From Candidatus Eiseniibacteriota bacterium (GTDB lineage Bacteria > ARS69), in the NCBI GenBank assembly GCA_052390515.1, contig JBQTGV010000043.1:1-22707 (forward strand): a stretch of 22,707 nt of DNA. Reading direction: 5' to 3'. The translations under genes and the position numbers were made by a program. This document shows, one piece after another, positions 7,773 through 20,690 of this stretch. A model generated the notes under the pieces. That model was not told the DNA's origin and did no database searches. It saw nothing but the letters and a program-made list of their open reading frames with translations. How positions within the stretch are numbered: the first letter of the stretch is position 1; each line of letters begins with the position of its first letter.

Positions 7773-8441
7773 GTGTCGGAAACCAAGAAATCGGATCGAA
7801 AGCCCGCATTTCCATCCTGGCTCGACAGTGCGATCAAGGCCGGCGGGATTCTCGCGGGGTTCGGCGCGCTGTACGTGGTCGCGCTCCTTTATTACGGGAT
7901 CCATCCGCAGGCGATGGACATCGGCTACCAGCCGGAGCAGCCCGTGCCGTATAGCCATGCGCTGCACGCCGGCCAACTCGGGATCGACTGCCGCTACTGC
8001 CACAACACGGTCGACCGCTCGCCCTTCGCCTCCATCCCGCCCACCCAGACCTGCATGAACTGCCATACGGCGATCCGGCCGGAGAGCGAGAAGCTGGTCC
8101 CGGTGCGGGAGAGCCACGCGACCGGGATGCCGGTGGAGTGGGTGCGGGTCCACGACCTGCCGGACTTCGTCTACTTCAATCACAGCGCGCACGTGAACCG
8201 TGGCGTGGGCTGCGTGGAGTGCCACGGCCGGGTAGACAAGATGGAGGTGGTCTACTGGGCGAAGCCGCTCTCCATGGCCTGGTGCCTGTCGTGCCACCGG
8301 AACCCGGATGATCGCCTTCGCCCGCTGGACCAGATCACCAACATGAGCTGGGAGCGCCCGGACGACCCGAACTACGGGGCGCAGCTGCGCAAGGCGCTCG
8401 ACGTGAACCCTTCGCAGGATTGCTCGACATGCCACCGGTAG
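7773..8441 (+). CDS. actA: Alternative complex III subunit ActA, pentaheme cytochrome c
   Basis: 222 aa with one N-terminal TM helix, the PEQPVPYSHALHAG motif, five CxxCH motifs (CRYCH, CMNCH, CVECH, CLSCH, CSTCH) and LPDFVYFNHSAH. Confidence 0.93.
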   Translation: MSETKKSDRKPAFPSWLDSAIKAGGILAGFGALYVVALLYYGIHPQAMDIGYQPEQPVPYSHALHAGQLGIDCRYCHNTVDRSPFASIPPTQTCMNCHTAIRPESEKLVPVRESHATGMPVEWVRVHDLPDFVYFNHSAHVNRGVGCVECHGRVDKMEVVYWAKPLSMAWCLSCHRNPDDRLRPLDQITNMSWERPDDPNYGAQLRKALDVNPSQDCSTCHR

Positions 8442-11400
8442 ACGACGACAAGCACGGATACTGGCAGAGCCTCGCCGAGCACGACTCGACGCCGGAGTTT
8501 CGTGAGGCTTCGGAGCGCGAGTTCCTGGAGCTGCTCCCGGAGGAGTTCAGCGCGGGATCGCGGCGACGGTTCCTGCAGCTCATGGGTGCGTCCGTGGCGC
8601 TCGCCGGTGCGGGGTGCGGTGGGGTGGACCCGGACTGGCCGAAGTACCGCACCGCCAAGATCTTGCCGCTGGCGTTCCGCGCGCCCGGGGTCGATCCCGG
8701 GAAGCCGTTCTGGTTCGCCACGTCGATGGAGCTTTCCGGTGTCGCCAAGCCGGTGCTGGCCAAGAGCTACGACGGCCGCCCGATCAAGATCGAGGGCAAC
8801 CCGGAGCACCCCGCATCGCTGGGCGCGGCCGACCTGCTCGCCCAGGCCAGCGTGCTGGAGCTGTACGATCCGGCGCGCAGCCAGGCGCCGTGCCGCTTCG
8901 ACGGCGGCCGAGTCACCGAGGCGACGTGGGAAGTGCTCGCCTCGGAGATGCACCCGGTCGTCGACGCAGCGCGCGCCCGGCGCGGGCAGGGCCTCGCCAT
9001 CCTGAGCGAGGCGACCAGCTCCCCGTCGTTCGCCGCGCTGCGCGCCCGGCTCTCCGAGACGTACCCGGCGGCAGCCTGGTACGAGTGGGAGCCGCTCACC
9101 CGCGACGCGGCCCGGGAGGGCGCGCGGCTCGTGTTCGGCCAGCCGCTGCGCACGCACCTGCACATCGCAGACGCCGACGTAGTCGTCAGCCTGGACGACG
9201 ACTTCCTGTTCGCGCACCCGCAGGCCGTGGCGCACGCCCGTGCATTCGTGGCGCGCCGGCGGGCCGAAGACGGCACGATGAGCCGGCTCTACGTGCTGGA
9301 GAGCGCGTACTCGATCACCGGAAGCCAGGCCGACGACCGTCGCGCGGTGCCGCCCGGCGCCCTTCCGCAGGTCGCGTGGGCGCTCGCCGCGCATCTCTTC
9401 CTGGAGTCCGGAGTGGCGCTGCCGCCCGAGCTCGGCCACCTGCAGCCGCTCCTGACCGGCGCGCGCGCGCACGGCGAGCACTGGCCGTTCGTCGCGCGGA
9501 TCGCCGGCGAGCTCGCCGAGAAGCGCGGCCATGGTCTGGTGACCTGCGGACCGACGCAGCCGGCCGGCGTGCACGCGCTCGTGCACTTGATGAACGCGGC
9601 GCTCGGCAACGCCGGGCACACGGTCACGTACACGGCGGAGCCGGCGGCGGATCGCGCCACGCACGCCGGGTCCATTTCGGCGCTCGCCGCGGAGCTCCAG
9701 GCCGGCCGCGTCGATGCGCTCATCCTGCTGGGTGGGAACCCGGTCTTCGACGCGCCCGCCGACCTCGGCTTCGAGGCGTCGATGCGCAAGGCCGGCGTAC
9801 AGCTGCACCTCTCCCTGCATCGCAACGAGACGAGCCTCGCCTCCACCTGGCACGCGCCGCGGGCGCACTACCTCGAGGCCTGGTCGGACGCGCTCTCCTG
9901 GGACGGGACTTACACGCTCGCGCAGCCGCTGATCCAGCCCCTGTTCGGCGGCCTGACGCCGGCCGAGCTGCTGAGCCTTCTGCTGGAGGACCGTGCCGCG
10001 GACGGGCTCGCGCTCGTGCGCGCAGGCTTCGCCGCGGCGGTCGGTGGCGGCGACGCGGAGTGGACCCGCGCCGTGCACGACGGGTTCGTGGCCGGCTCCG
10101 CGCCGGCGGCGGTGCTGCCGGACCTCGCCCCCGCCGCTTGGAAGCCGGCGACCTCGGACTTCGAGTGGCATGCGCCTTCCGGCTCGACGGTGGAGGTCGC
10201 GCTGCGCGGCTCGGCCACGATCCACGACGGTCGCTTCGCGAACCACCCGTGGCTGATGGAACTCCCCGACCCGATGACGAAGCTCACCTGGGACAACGCC
10301 GCGCTGCTGAGTCCGCTGACCGCGCGCGCTCTCGGCCTCTCCCACGGCGACGTCGTACGGCTCTCCAAGGGCGAGCGCTCGCTCGAGCTGCCCGTGTACC
10401 TCATGCCCGGCCAAGCACGGGGGTCCGTGACGGTCGCTCTGGGCTGGGGTCGGAGGGCCGGAGGCGCGGTCGCCGTGCCGCAGAAGCGGCGCCGCGAAGG
10501 CGGCGGCTTCGACGCCTACGTGCTGCGCACCTCGCAAGCGCTGTGGACCGTGCCCGGCGTCGAGATCGCCGCGACCGGGGGCAGATACCCGCTCTCCGGC
10601 ACGCAGGATCACCACGCGATCTTCAACCCGGAGCAGGGCCGCGGCCAGGCCCGCCGGCTCCACCAGCTCTACCGCGAAGCGACGCTGTCCGAGTACCGCG
10701 AGCATCCCGACTTCGCGAAGCACGTGGTGCACCATCCGCCGCTCGTCTCGCTCTGGAAGGAGCACGACTACAGCACCGGGCACCGCTGGGGCATGACCAT
10801 CGATCTGGCCGCCTGCATCGGCTGCGGAGCCTGCGTCGTGGCCTGCCAGGCGGAGAACAACTCGCCGACGGTGGGCAAGGCGGAGGTGGCCCGCGGCCGC
10901 GAGATGCACTGGATCCGCGTGGACCGCTACTTCCACGGCGATCCCGATCAGCCGAGGGCGATGCACCAGCCGGTTCCCTGCCAGCAGTGCGAGAACGCGC
11001 CGTGCGAGCAGGTCTGCCCCGTGGCGGCCACCGTGCACAGCCACGAGGGCTTGAACGACATGGTCTACAACCGCTGCGTGGGCACCCGGTACTGCTCGAA
11101 CAACTGCCCGTACAAGGTGCGGCGCTTCAACTGGTTCAACAACAGCGACCGCAAGTACAACCGGCCGGACCTCTTCAAGATGCAGCGCAATCCGGACGTG
11201 ACCGTCCGCGCGCGCGGCGTCATGGAGAAGTGCACGTACTGCATCCAGCGCATCAAGGCCGTGACCATCCCGGCGAAGAACGAGCGGCGGGCCGTGCGCG
11301 ACGGCGAGATCGTGCCGGCCTGCGCGCAGACCTGCCCGACGCAGGCCATCGTGTTCGGGGATCTGAACGACACCGGGAGCCGCGTCCGCCGGAACCAGGA

Positions 11401-11554
11401 TGACGCGCGCGCCTACGCCATGCTCGGCGAGCTCAACGTAAAGCCGAGAACGCTGTATCTGGCGAAGGTGCGCAACCCGTCGTCCGGCGAGCGTTCGGAA
11501 GCTCCCGGCCACCACGCGGGCGTTCCCTCGGCCGAGCCAGGGGGCCGCGCCTAG
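8429..11554 (+). CDS. actB: Alternative complex III subunit ActB (Tat-exported molybdopterin-oxidoreductase-like domain plus Fe-S domain)
   Basis: Probable ATG 8429 overlapping actA; 1041 aa. YWQSL leader, Tat motif SRRRFLQLMGAS followed by lipobox-like ALAGAGC, GRPIKIEGNPEHP. C-terminal Fe-S motifs CIGCGACVVAC, CQQCENAPCEQVCP, CVGTRYCSNNCP (one Cys missing, as expected for the [3Fe-4S] site) and CTYC...ACAQTCP. Confidence 0.94.
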   Translation: MPPVDDDKHGYWQSLAEHDSTPEFREASEREFLELLPEEFSAGSRRRFLQLMGASVALAGAGCGGVDPDWPKYRTAKILPLAFRAPGVDPGKPFWFATSMELSGVAKPVLAKSYDGRPIKIEGNPEHPASLGAADLLAQASVLELYDPARSQAPCRFDGGRVTEATWEVLASEMHPVVDAARARRGQGLAILSEATSSPSFAALRARLSETYPAAAWYEWEPLTRDAAREGARLVFGQPLRTHLHIADADVVVSLDDDFLFAHPQAVAHARAFVARRRAEDGTMSRLYVLESAYSITGSQADDRRAVPPGALPQVAWALAAHLFLESGVALPPELGHLQPLLTGARAHGEHWPFVARIAGELAEKRGHGLVTCGPTQPAGVHALVHLMNAALGNAGHTVTYTAEPAADRATHAGSISALAAELQAGRVDALILLGGNPVFDAPADLGFEASMRKAGVQLHLSLHRNETSLASTWHAPRAHYLEAWSDALSWDGTYTLAQPLIQPLFGGLTPAELLSLLLEDRAADGLALVRAGFAAAVGGGDAEWTRAVHDGFVAGSAPAAVLPDLAPAAWKPATSDFEWHAPSGSTVEVALRGSATIHDGRFANHPWLMELPDPMTKLTWDNAALLSPLTARALGLSHGDVVRLSKGERSLELPVYLMPGQARGSVTVALGWGRRAGGAVAVPQKRRREGGGFDAYVLRTSQALWTVPGVEIAATGGRYPLSGTQDHHAIFNPEQGRGQARRLHQLYREATLSEYREHPDFAKHVVHHPPLVSLWKEHDYSTGHRWGMTIDLAACIGCGACVVACQAENNSPTVGKAEVARGREMHWIRVDRYFHGDPDQPRAMHQPVPCQQCENAPCEQVCPVAATVHSHEGLNDMVYNRCVGTRYCSNNCPYKVRRFNWFNNSDRKYNRPDLFKMQRNPDVTVRARGVMEKCTYCIQRIKAVTIPAKNERRAVRDGEIVPACAQTCPTQAIVFGDLNDTGSRVRRNQDDARAYAMLGELNVKPRTLYLAKVRNPSSGERSEAPGHHAGVPSAEPGGRA

Positions 11555-11557
11555 GTC

Positions 11558-13008
<1,451 letters not shown>

Positions 13009-13012
<4 letters not shown>

Positions 13013-13581
13013 GCGAGCACCACGGAGCGAAGCGCACCGACGGGGCCGGAACGCCGCGGCTCGCCGGGTACCTCGTGGAGTTCGAGACCGCGTCGTCGCT
13101 GCGCGTGGCCTGCGAGAAGGTCCGCGACGCGGGTTTCACGCGCTGGGACGCGCACACGCCGTTCCCGGTGCACGGGCTCGACGTGGCCATGGGCCTCAAG
13201 CCGACCGTGCTGCCCCGGCTCGTGTTCGCCGGCGGCTTCGCCGGAGCGGCCATCGGGCTCGGCCTGCAGTGGTGGGCCAACGCGGAGAACTTCCCGCTGA
13301 TCATCAGCGGCAAGCCCTTCTGGAGCATCCCGGCGAACATCCCGGTCACGTTCGAGCTGACCGTGCTCCTCGCCGCGCTCACCGCCTTCCTGGGGATGCT
13401 GGTGCTCAACGGATTCCCGCGGCTGCACCATCCGGTGTTCACCAGCACTCGCTTCCGCAGGGCGTCGATCGACCGCTTCTTCCTCAGCGTGGAAGCGGCG
13501 GATCCGCACTTCGAAGAGCAGTCCACCCTGGTGCTGCTGCGCGGGCTGGGCGGCACTCATCTCGAGCGGCTGGAGGTCTGA
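13009..13581 (+). CDS. actD: Alternative complex III subunit ActD (DUF3341 family)
   Basis: ATG 13009 overlaps the actC stop (ATGA); 190 aa. Motifs [16 protein letters not shown] and [23 protein letters not shown], two TM helices, DRFFL. The track ORF 11713..13581 is over-extended. Confidence 0.92.
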
Positions 13582-13582
13582 C

Positions 13583-14239
13583 ATGCCGCGCTGGATGATC
13601 CCGACCTTGGTGGTGCTCGCGGCGGCGTCGATCGTTCCCGCGGCGCTCATCGCCCGGGCGCGCGCCACTCACCAGGCCACGCCGCGCATCAACATCATCC
13701 CGGACATGGACTACCAGCCCAAGTACCTGCCGCAGACCGCCAATGCGATGTTCGCCGACGGCCGCGCCGCCCGCGAGTTTCCCAAGGGCACGGTGGCGCG
13801 CGGCGCGCTCCTCGAGGACGAGCACCTGCAGCGCGGCCTCGTCGGGGGCGATTGGGCGACGTCCTTCCCCATGACCGTCACCGACTCGTTGATGAGCCGC
13901 GGCCGGCAGCGTTTCGAGATCTACTGCGCGCCCTGCCACGGGCTCGACGGCGCCGGGCAGGGCCTGGTCGCCAGGCGCGCGGATCAGCTCATGCAGATGG
14001 GGGCCGCGCAGTGGACGCCACCGCTCTCCGTGCACGACGACGTCGTCCGGCAGCGCCCCGTCGGCCACCTGTTCAACACCATCTCCTACGGCATCCGCAC
14101 CATGCCGGCGTACGGACCGCAGATCAGCGTGGCGGACCGCTGGGCCATCGTGGCGTACGTGCGGGCATTGCAGAGGAGCTCCCGGGCGAGCGTCGCCGAC
14201 GTCCCCGCGGAAGACCGTTCCCTGCTGGCGGGAGGCTGA
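13583..14239 (+). CDS. actE: Alternative complex III subunit ActE, monoheme cytochrome c
   Basis: 218 aa. DMDYQPK...FADGRA.R..P.GTVARG, RGRQRFEIYCAPCHG (single CxxCH), GIRTMPAYG (axial Met) and DRWAIVAYVRALQ. Confidence 0.92.
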   Translation: MPRWMIPTLVVLAAASIVPAALIARARATHQATPRINIIPDMDYQPKYLPQTANAMFADGRAAREFPKGTVARGALLEDEHLQRGLVGGDWATSFPMTVTDSLMSRGRQRFEIYCAPCHGLDGAGQGLVARRADQLMQMGAAQWTPPLSVHDDVVRQRPVGHLFNTISYGIRTMPAYGPQISVADRWAIVAYVRALQRSSRASVADVPAEDRSLLAGG

Positions 14240-14240
14240 G

Positions 14241-15467
14241 ATGACGAGCGCTCGCAAGGTCCCGGATCTCTCGGCCGTTCGCCTGTCCCTGGATGGGGCG
14301 GCCGGGCGCATCGCCGGCGCGGGCTTCGGTGTCGGCGCGGTCGGGCTCCTCGCCTCCGGCGCGCTCGCGGCCGGCGGCAGCGCAGCCTGGAGCCGCGCCG
14401 TCCAGGCCTGGCTGGTGAACTGGGTCTTCTTCCTGTCGCTGACCCTCGGCGCGCTCTTCTTCGTGCTGCTGCAGCACGTCGCCAAGGCCGGCTGGAGCGT
14501 CGTCGTTCGAAGACTCGCGGAGGGCTTCGCCGCGAACTTCGCGCTGCTCGCCGTGCTGTCGATCCCGGTCCTCGCGGGGCTGCCCCACGTGTTCGAGTGG
14601 GCGCGGCCCGAGATCGTCGAGCACGATCATCTCTTGCAGGCCAAGCGCGCGTACCTGAACCCCGCTCTGTTCGTGGCCCGCATGGCCGCCTACTTCGTGG
14701 TCTGGATCGCGCTCTCCGAGTGGATGTTCTGGAGCTCGGTGAAGCAGGACGAGAGCGGCGATCCCTCGATCACCGGCCGACTGCAGACGATGTCCGGACC
14801 GGCGATCTACCTCTTCGCCCTGACCACGACCTTCGCCTCGTTCGACCTGCTCATGTCCCTGGAGCCGCGCTGGTTTAGCACCATCTTCGGGGTGTACTTC
14901 TTCTCGGGTAGCGCGCTCTCGTGCTTCGCCCTCCTGCCGCTGGTCGCGTTCCTGCTGCAGCGGAGCGGCAGGCTGGTCGGGATCGTCTCCGTCGAGCACT
15001 ATCACGACATGGGCAAGCTGATGTTCGCGTTCGTCGTCTTCTGGTCGTACATCGCGTTCTCGCAGTACATGCTGATCTGGTACGCGAACATCCCGGAGGA
15101 GACGACGTGGTTCCTGGCGCGGCTGACCGGTTCGTGGACCGGCTTCAGCTGGTTCATCCTGCTCGGGCACTTCCTGGCGCCGTTCCTGTTCCTGATCTCC
15201 CGGATCCCGAAGCGGCATCCCTCGGTCCTGGTGGTCGGCTCGCTCTGGCTCCTGCTCGCGCACTGGGCGGACCTGTACTGGATCGCGATGCCGTCGATCG
15301 GGGACGGGACGTCGGGCAAGGTGCCGTTCCACCTGCTGGATCTGACCACCTTCCTGGCCATCGGCGGGTTCTGGGTCGGGGCCTGGGCGCTGCGCATGCG
15401 GGGACGCTCGCTGCTGGCCCGCCGCGACCCGCGGCTCAGCGAGTCCCTGGCATTCGAGAACTTCTGA
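14241..15467 (+). CDS. actF: Alternative complex III subunit ActF (membrane subunit, ActC paralog)
   Basis: 408 aa, about 10 TM segments. Motifs GWSVVVRRLAE, KRAYLN, FDLLMSLEPRWFSTIFG, HYHDMGKLMFAF and FSQYMLIWYANIPEET. Confidence 0.93.
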   Translation: MTSARKVPDLSAVRLSLDGAAGRIAGAGFGVGAVGLLASGALAAGGSAAWSRAVQAWLVNWVFFLSLTLGALFFVLLQHVAKAGWSVVVRRLAEGFAANFALLAVLSIPVLAGLPHVFEWARPEIVEHDHLLQAKRAYLNPALFVARMAAYFVVWIALSEWMFWSSVKQDESGDPSITGRLQTMSGPAIYLFALTTTFASFDLLMSLEPRWFSTIFGVYFFSGSALSCFALLPLVAFLLQRSGRLVGIVSVEHYHDMGKLMFAFVVFWSYIAFSQYMLIWYANIPEETTWFLARLTGSWTGFSWFILLGHFLAPFLFLISRIPKRHPSVLVVGSLWLLLAHWADLYWIAMPSIGDGTSGKVPFHLLDLTTFLAIGGFWVGAWALRMRGRSLLARRDPRLSESLAFENF

Positions 15468-15468
15468 G

Positions 15469-15783
15469 GTGAGCTCCTTGTCGAAGCACGTCGACGATCC
15501 CATCGCGAGCGCCACGGCCATCGTGGTGGTGGTCTTCTCGCTGGCGGTGGCGATCACCCTGATCGCGCTGCAGGCGTACTACGGGCGCGCCACCGCGCGG
15601 GAGCTGGAGGTCAAGTTGCTGCGGCCCACGCCGGAAGAGCGCGCCCTGGTGGAGGCCGCGCAGCGCGAGAGCCTGGCGGGCTACCGCTGGGTGGATCGGG
15701 ACGCCGGTGTCGTCACCATTCCGATCGACCGCGCCATGCATCTCGTCGTCGAGGAGCTCGCCGGCGGCGGAGATTCACGATGA
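15469..15783 (+). CDS. actG: Small single-TM protein, probable ACIII subunit ActG
   Basis: 104 aa, GTG one nt after the actF stop, one TM helix, and C-terminal L.GYRWVDRDAGVVTIPIDRAM motif typical of the small gene between actF and SCO. Its stop overlaps the SCO start (ATGA). Confidence 0.75.
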   Translation: MSSLSKHVDDPIASATAIVVVVFSLAVAITLIALQAYYGRATARELEVKLLRPTPEERALVEAAQRESLAGYRWVDRDAGVVTIPIDRAMHLVVEELAGGGDSR

Positions 15784-16610
15784 GACCGCGCGGCTGGCTC
15801 GGGCCGGTGGCGTGGATCCTGGCGGTTGCGCCGGCCGCAGCGCAGCTCGTCGAGGACGTCCCCGACGAGCTCGTCGGCGTGGGCATCACCGAGCACCTCG
15901 ACCAGCCGCTTCCGCTCGACCTCACCTTCCGTGACGAGGCCGGCGAGACCGTGTCCCTCGGCAAGTACTTCGAGCCGGGCAAGCCGGTCGTTCTGAACCT
16001 CGTCTATTTCAGCTGCCCGATGCTCTGCAACGTCTTCCTGGACGGCTTCACCGAGAGCCTCGGCGACCTGGAATGGACTCCGGGGAACGAGTTCGAGATC
16101 GTCACGGTGAGCATCGACCCCGAGGACGGACCGGAGGGTGCGGCGGCGAAGCGCACGCATTACGTCGAGAAGCTCGGTCGGCCCGAGGCGGCTGCCGGCT
16201 GGCATTTCCTCACCGGCAGCGACACCGACATCCACCGGCTGGCCGACGCCATCGGGTTCGGGTACCGCTTCGACGAGAACTCCGGCGAGTACATGCACTC
16301 CGCCGGGATCTTCCTGGCCACGCCCGAGGGCAGGCTCTCGAGGTATCTCTACGGCGTCATCTTCGACGAGCAGACGCTTCGCCTCTCCCTGGTCGAGGCC
16401 TCCGACGGCAGGATCGGCACGGCGATGGATCAGGTGCTGCTCTTCTGCTTCGCCTATGATCACACCGAGGGTCGTTACGGCCCCGCGGCCATGAACCTCA
16501 TGCGGGGCTTCGCCGCTCTCACCTTGCTGGTCCTGGCCGTCTTCCTCGCGGCGCAGTGGAGGCGGGACGCGGCTCGACGGCACGCGGTCACGCTGGGAGC
16601 GCGATCGTGA
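15780..16610 (+). CDS. SCO1/SenC-family copper chaperone for cytochrome c oxidase CuA assembly
   Basis: 276 aa with a signal peptide, CxxxC (YFSCPMLC), VTVSIDP, WHFLTG, conserved His (YMHSAG), G.LSRYLYG and a C-terminal TM helix after FCFAYD...GRYG. Confidence 0.92.
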   Translation: MRPRGWLGPVAWILAVAPAAAQLVEDVPDELVGVGITEHLDQPLPLDLTFRDEAGETVSLGKYFEPGKPVVLNLVYFSCPMLCNVFLDGFTESLGDLEWTPGNEFEIVTVSIDPEDGPEGAAAKRTHYVEKLGRPEAAAGWHFLTGSDTDIHRLADAIGFGYRFDENSGEYMHSAGIFLATPEGRLSRYLYGVIFDEQTLRLSLVEASDGRIGTAMDQVLLFCFAYDHTEGRYGPAAMNLMRGFAALTLLVLAVFLAAQWRRDAARRHAVTLGARS

Positions 16611-17599
16611 TCGGACTCTTCCGCGGGATGCACGGAGCGGACGCCCTGCTCGCCGCCGGCGAACGCACGTTCTGGCTGCCGGAGGGCCGGTCCACGTTCG
16701 CTTCGGACATCGACAGTCTCTTCTATCTCATCTACTGGGTCTGCGTGTTCTTCTTCCTGCTGATCCTGGGGATGGCCGTCTGGTTCCTCGTGAAGTATCG
16801 GCGCCGCGGCGAGGAGGTGGTCGTCCAGAAGAGCGCACACCACAACACCTTCCTCGAGCTCATCTGGAGCGGCATCCCGCTGCTCATCTCCCTCGCGATC
16901 TTCGTGCTGGGGTTCCGCGGATACATGGACCTGGTGACGCCGCCCGAGAACGCGTACCAGATCCAGGTCGACGCCCAGAAGTGGAGCTGGTCGTTCACCT
17001 ACCCCAACGGGTACGTCGACAGCGAGCTGCACGTGCCGGCGGGCAAGCCGGTCCGCTTGATCATGTCGTCCCAGGACGTCCTGCACAGCTTCTTCGTTCC
17101 GGAGCTGCGCACCAAGAACGACGTGATCCCGGGGCGCTACACGACCGTGTGGTTCAACGCGGACCGCCCCTTCGAGGGTACCGTGTTCTGCACCGAGTAC
17201 TGCGGCACGAACCACTCGCAGATGCAGTCCCTGTTCGTGGCGCACGATCCCGCCGAGTTCCAGAAGTGGCTGGATAACGCCAGCCGCTGGTGGGAAGGCA
17301 TGGAACCGGCCGAGGCTGGCGCCCTGCTCTACCAGAAGCGCGGCTGCGCGCAGTGCCACTCCGTGGACGGCTCGGGCGGCATCGGGCCGACGTTCCAGGG
17401 ATCGTTCGGCAACCGCCGGCAGTTCGCCGACGGCCAGACCGCCGACATGGACGAGAACTACATCCGCCAGTCGGTCCTCGAGCCTCGGGCGAGAATCGTG
17501 GCGGGGTTCGATCCGGTGATGCCCACGTTCCAGGGCCGTCTCAAGGACGAGGAGATCGCCGTACTGATCGCGTACATCAAGAGCCTGAGCGGCAGCTGA
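16607..17599 (+). CDS. coxB: Cytochrome c oxidase subunit II with fused C-terminal cytochrome c (caa3 type)
   Basis: Probable GTG 16607 overlapping the SCO stop (alternative ATG 16628). Two TM helices, KWSWSFTY, CuA ligands DVLHSF...[12 protein letters not shown], then a heme c motif CAQCH...VMP. Confidence 0.95.
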   Translation: MIGLFRGMHGADALLAAGERTFWLPEGRSTFASDIDSLFYLIYWVCVFFFLLILGMAVWFLVKYRRRGEEVVVQKSAHHNTFLELIWSGIPLLISLAIFVLGFRGYMDLVTPPENAYQIQVDAQKWSWSFTYPNGYVDSELHVPAGKPVRLIMSSQDVLHSFFVPELRTKNDVIPGRYTTVWFNADRPFEGTVFCTEYCGTNHSQMQSLFVAHDPAEFQKWLDNASRWWEGMEPAEAGALLYQKRGCAQCHSVDGSGGIGPTFQGSFGNRRQFADGQTADMDENYIRQSVLEPRARIVAGFDPVMPTFQGRLKDEEIAVLIAYIKSLSGS

Positions 17600-17613
17600 C
17601 ACGGAGGTTCCGC

Positions 17614-19311
<1,698 letters not shown>

Positions 19312-19321
19312 AGGAGCCTCG

Positions 19322-20143
19322 ATGAACGAGAGCGCATCCCACGCGGAGCTGCCTCCGCACCGCTGGCACCACTTCGAGAGCGCCGAGCAGCAGTTCGACT
19401 CGGGCAAGCTCGGGATGTGGCTCTTCCTGGCCACCGAAGTGCTCATGTTCGGCGGCCTGTTCTGCGCCTACACCATCTATCGGGGAACACACCCGGACAT
19501 CTTCCACTTCGGGCACCAGTTCCTGGACAAGAAGTGGGGCGGGATCAACACGATCGTTCTGATCTGCAGCAGCCTGACCATGGCCTGGGGAGTGCGGGCG
19601 GCCCAGCTCGGCCAGAAGAAGCTGCTGGTCACCATGCTCTCGCTCACGCTGGCCTGCGCCGGCGGGTTCATGGCCATCAAGTACGTGGAGTACAAGGCGA
19701 AGATCGAGCACGGGCTGCTGTGGGGCAAGAACTACCACCCGGAGGTGCACGGCGAGCACGACGCGGCCGGGACGCACGGCGACGCACCCGCCACGCCGGT
19801 CACGGGGGAGCGACGCTCCTGGAGCACGGAGACGACGGAGTCCTCGACCATAGCACCCGGAGCGTCCGCGCCGCGCGGCCTGGCCACCGGGCGCCCGGCC
19901 CCCGCCGAGCACCAGTCGGAGAGCCCGCCCAACGCGCACATCTTCTTCGGCATCTACTTCGCGATGACCGGACTGCACGGCATCCACGTCCTCGCGGGGA
20001 TGATCGTGATCACCTGGCTCATCGTGGTCGCCGGGCGCTTCGGGCCGGCCTACTTCACGCCCGTGGACCTGGTGGGCTTGTACTGGCACATCGTCGACCT
20101 GATCTGGATCTTCCTCTTCCCGCTGCTCTACCTGATCGACTAG
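19322..20143 (+). CDS. ctaE: Cytochrome c oxidase subunit III (short form with long loop insertion)
   Basis: AAGGAG precedes ATG 19322; 273 aa. Motifs [40 protein letters not shown] and [20 protein letters not shown]. Confidence 0.93.
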   Translation: MNESASHAELPPHRWHHFESAEQQFDSGKLGMWLFLATEVLMFGGLFCAYTIYRGTHPDIFHFGHQFLDKKWGGINTIVLICSSLTMAWGVRAAQLGQKKLLVTMLSLTLACAGGFMAIKYVEYKAKIEHGLLWGKNYHPEVHGEHDAAGTHGDAPATPVTGERRSWSTETTESSTIAPGASAPRGLATGRPAPAEHQSESPPNAHIFFGIYFAMTGLHGIHVLAGMIVITWLIVVAGRFGPAYFTPVDLVGLYWHIVDLIWIFLFPLLYLID

Positions 20144-20153
20144 GGGACGCCGA

Positions 20154-20642
20154 ATGAGCTCGTCGCATTCTCACGGGGAAGCAGGGCACGAACACGGCAG
20201 CGTCGGGCACATCGTGCCGCTGCGCATCCTCTTCGGCACGTGGGCGGCACTCATCGTGCTCACCGTGGTCACCGTGGGGTCGACGTACATCGACCTCGGC
20301 GACCTCAACATCGTCATCGCGCTGCTCATCGCCGTGGTCAAGTCGGCCTTTGTGGTACTGTTCTTCATGCACCTGAAGTACGACAAGCCGTTCCACGCGA
20401 TCGTCTTCGTCAGCGCGACGCTGTTCGTGATGCTGTTCATCAGCTTGGCGCTCATGGACAGCAAGGAGTACCTGCCGAGCAAGATCCCCGGCTACGCCTC
20501 CGAGCTCGCTCCGATCGGCGAACCGGCCGCCGCGGAGACGGCCCCGGCGGCCACCGAAGGCGCGGCCCCCGCCGACGGGGCAGCCCATCCGGCCGAGGGC
20601 GAAGCTCCCGCCGCCGGCACGGAAGCGCCTGCCGGGCACTGA
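20154..20642 (+). CDS. Cytochrome c oxidase subunit IV family protein (CtaF/CyoD-like) with Ala/Pro/Glu tail
   Basis: 162 aa with three TM helices and IAVVKSAFVVLFFMHLKYD, a His-rich N-terminus and a low-complexity C-terminus. Confidence 0.88.
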   Translation: MSSSHSHGEAGHEHGSVGHIVPLRILFGTWAALIVLTVVTVGSTYIDLGDLNIVIALLIAVVKSAFVVLFFMHLKYDKPFHAIVFVSATLFVMLFISLALMDSKEYLPSKIPGYASELAPIGEPAAAETAPAATEGAAPADGAAHPAEGEAPAAGTEAPAGH

Positions 20643-20690
20643 CCGGCGCCGGTCTCCCGTCGCCCGGGGCCGCCGGAGGTCGGAATTCGG

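Noticed and set aside
8429-11554. ActB as an active molybdoenzyme (e.g. polysulfide reductase)
   Set aside because: The gene context is canonical ACIII, whose ActB is known not to bind a molybdenum cofactor. The N-terminal Fe-S cysteine cluster of catalytic subunits is not visible.
20643-20690. GC-rich imperfect inverted repeat overlapping the RBS of the second subunit III gene
   Set aside because: Pairing is short and irregular and not distinguishable from chance in GC-rich sequence.
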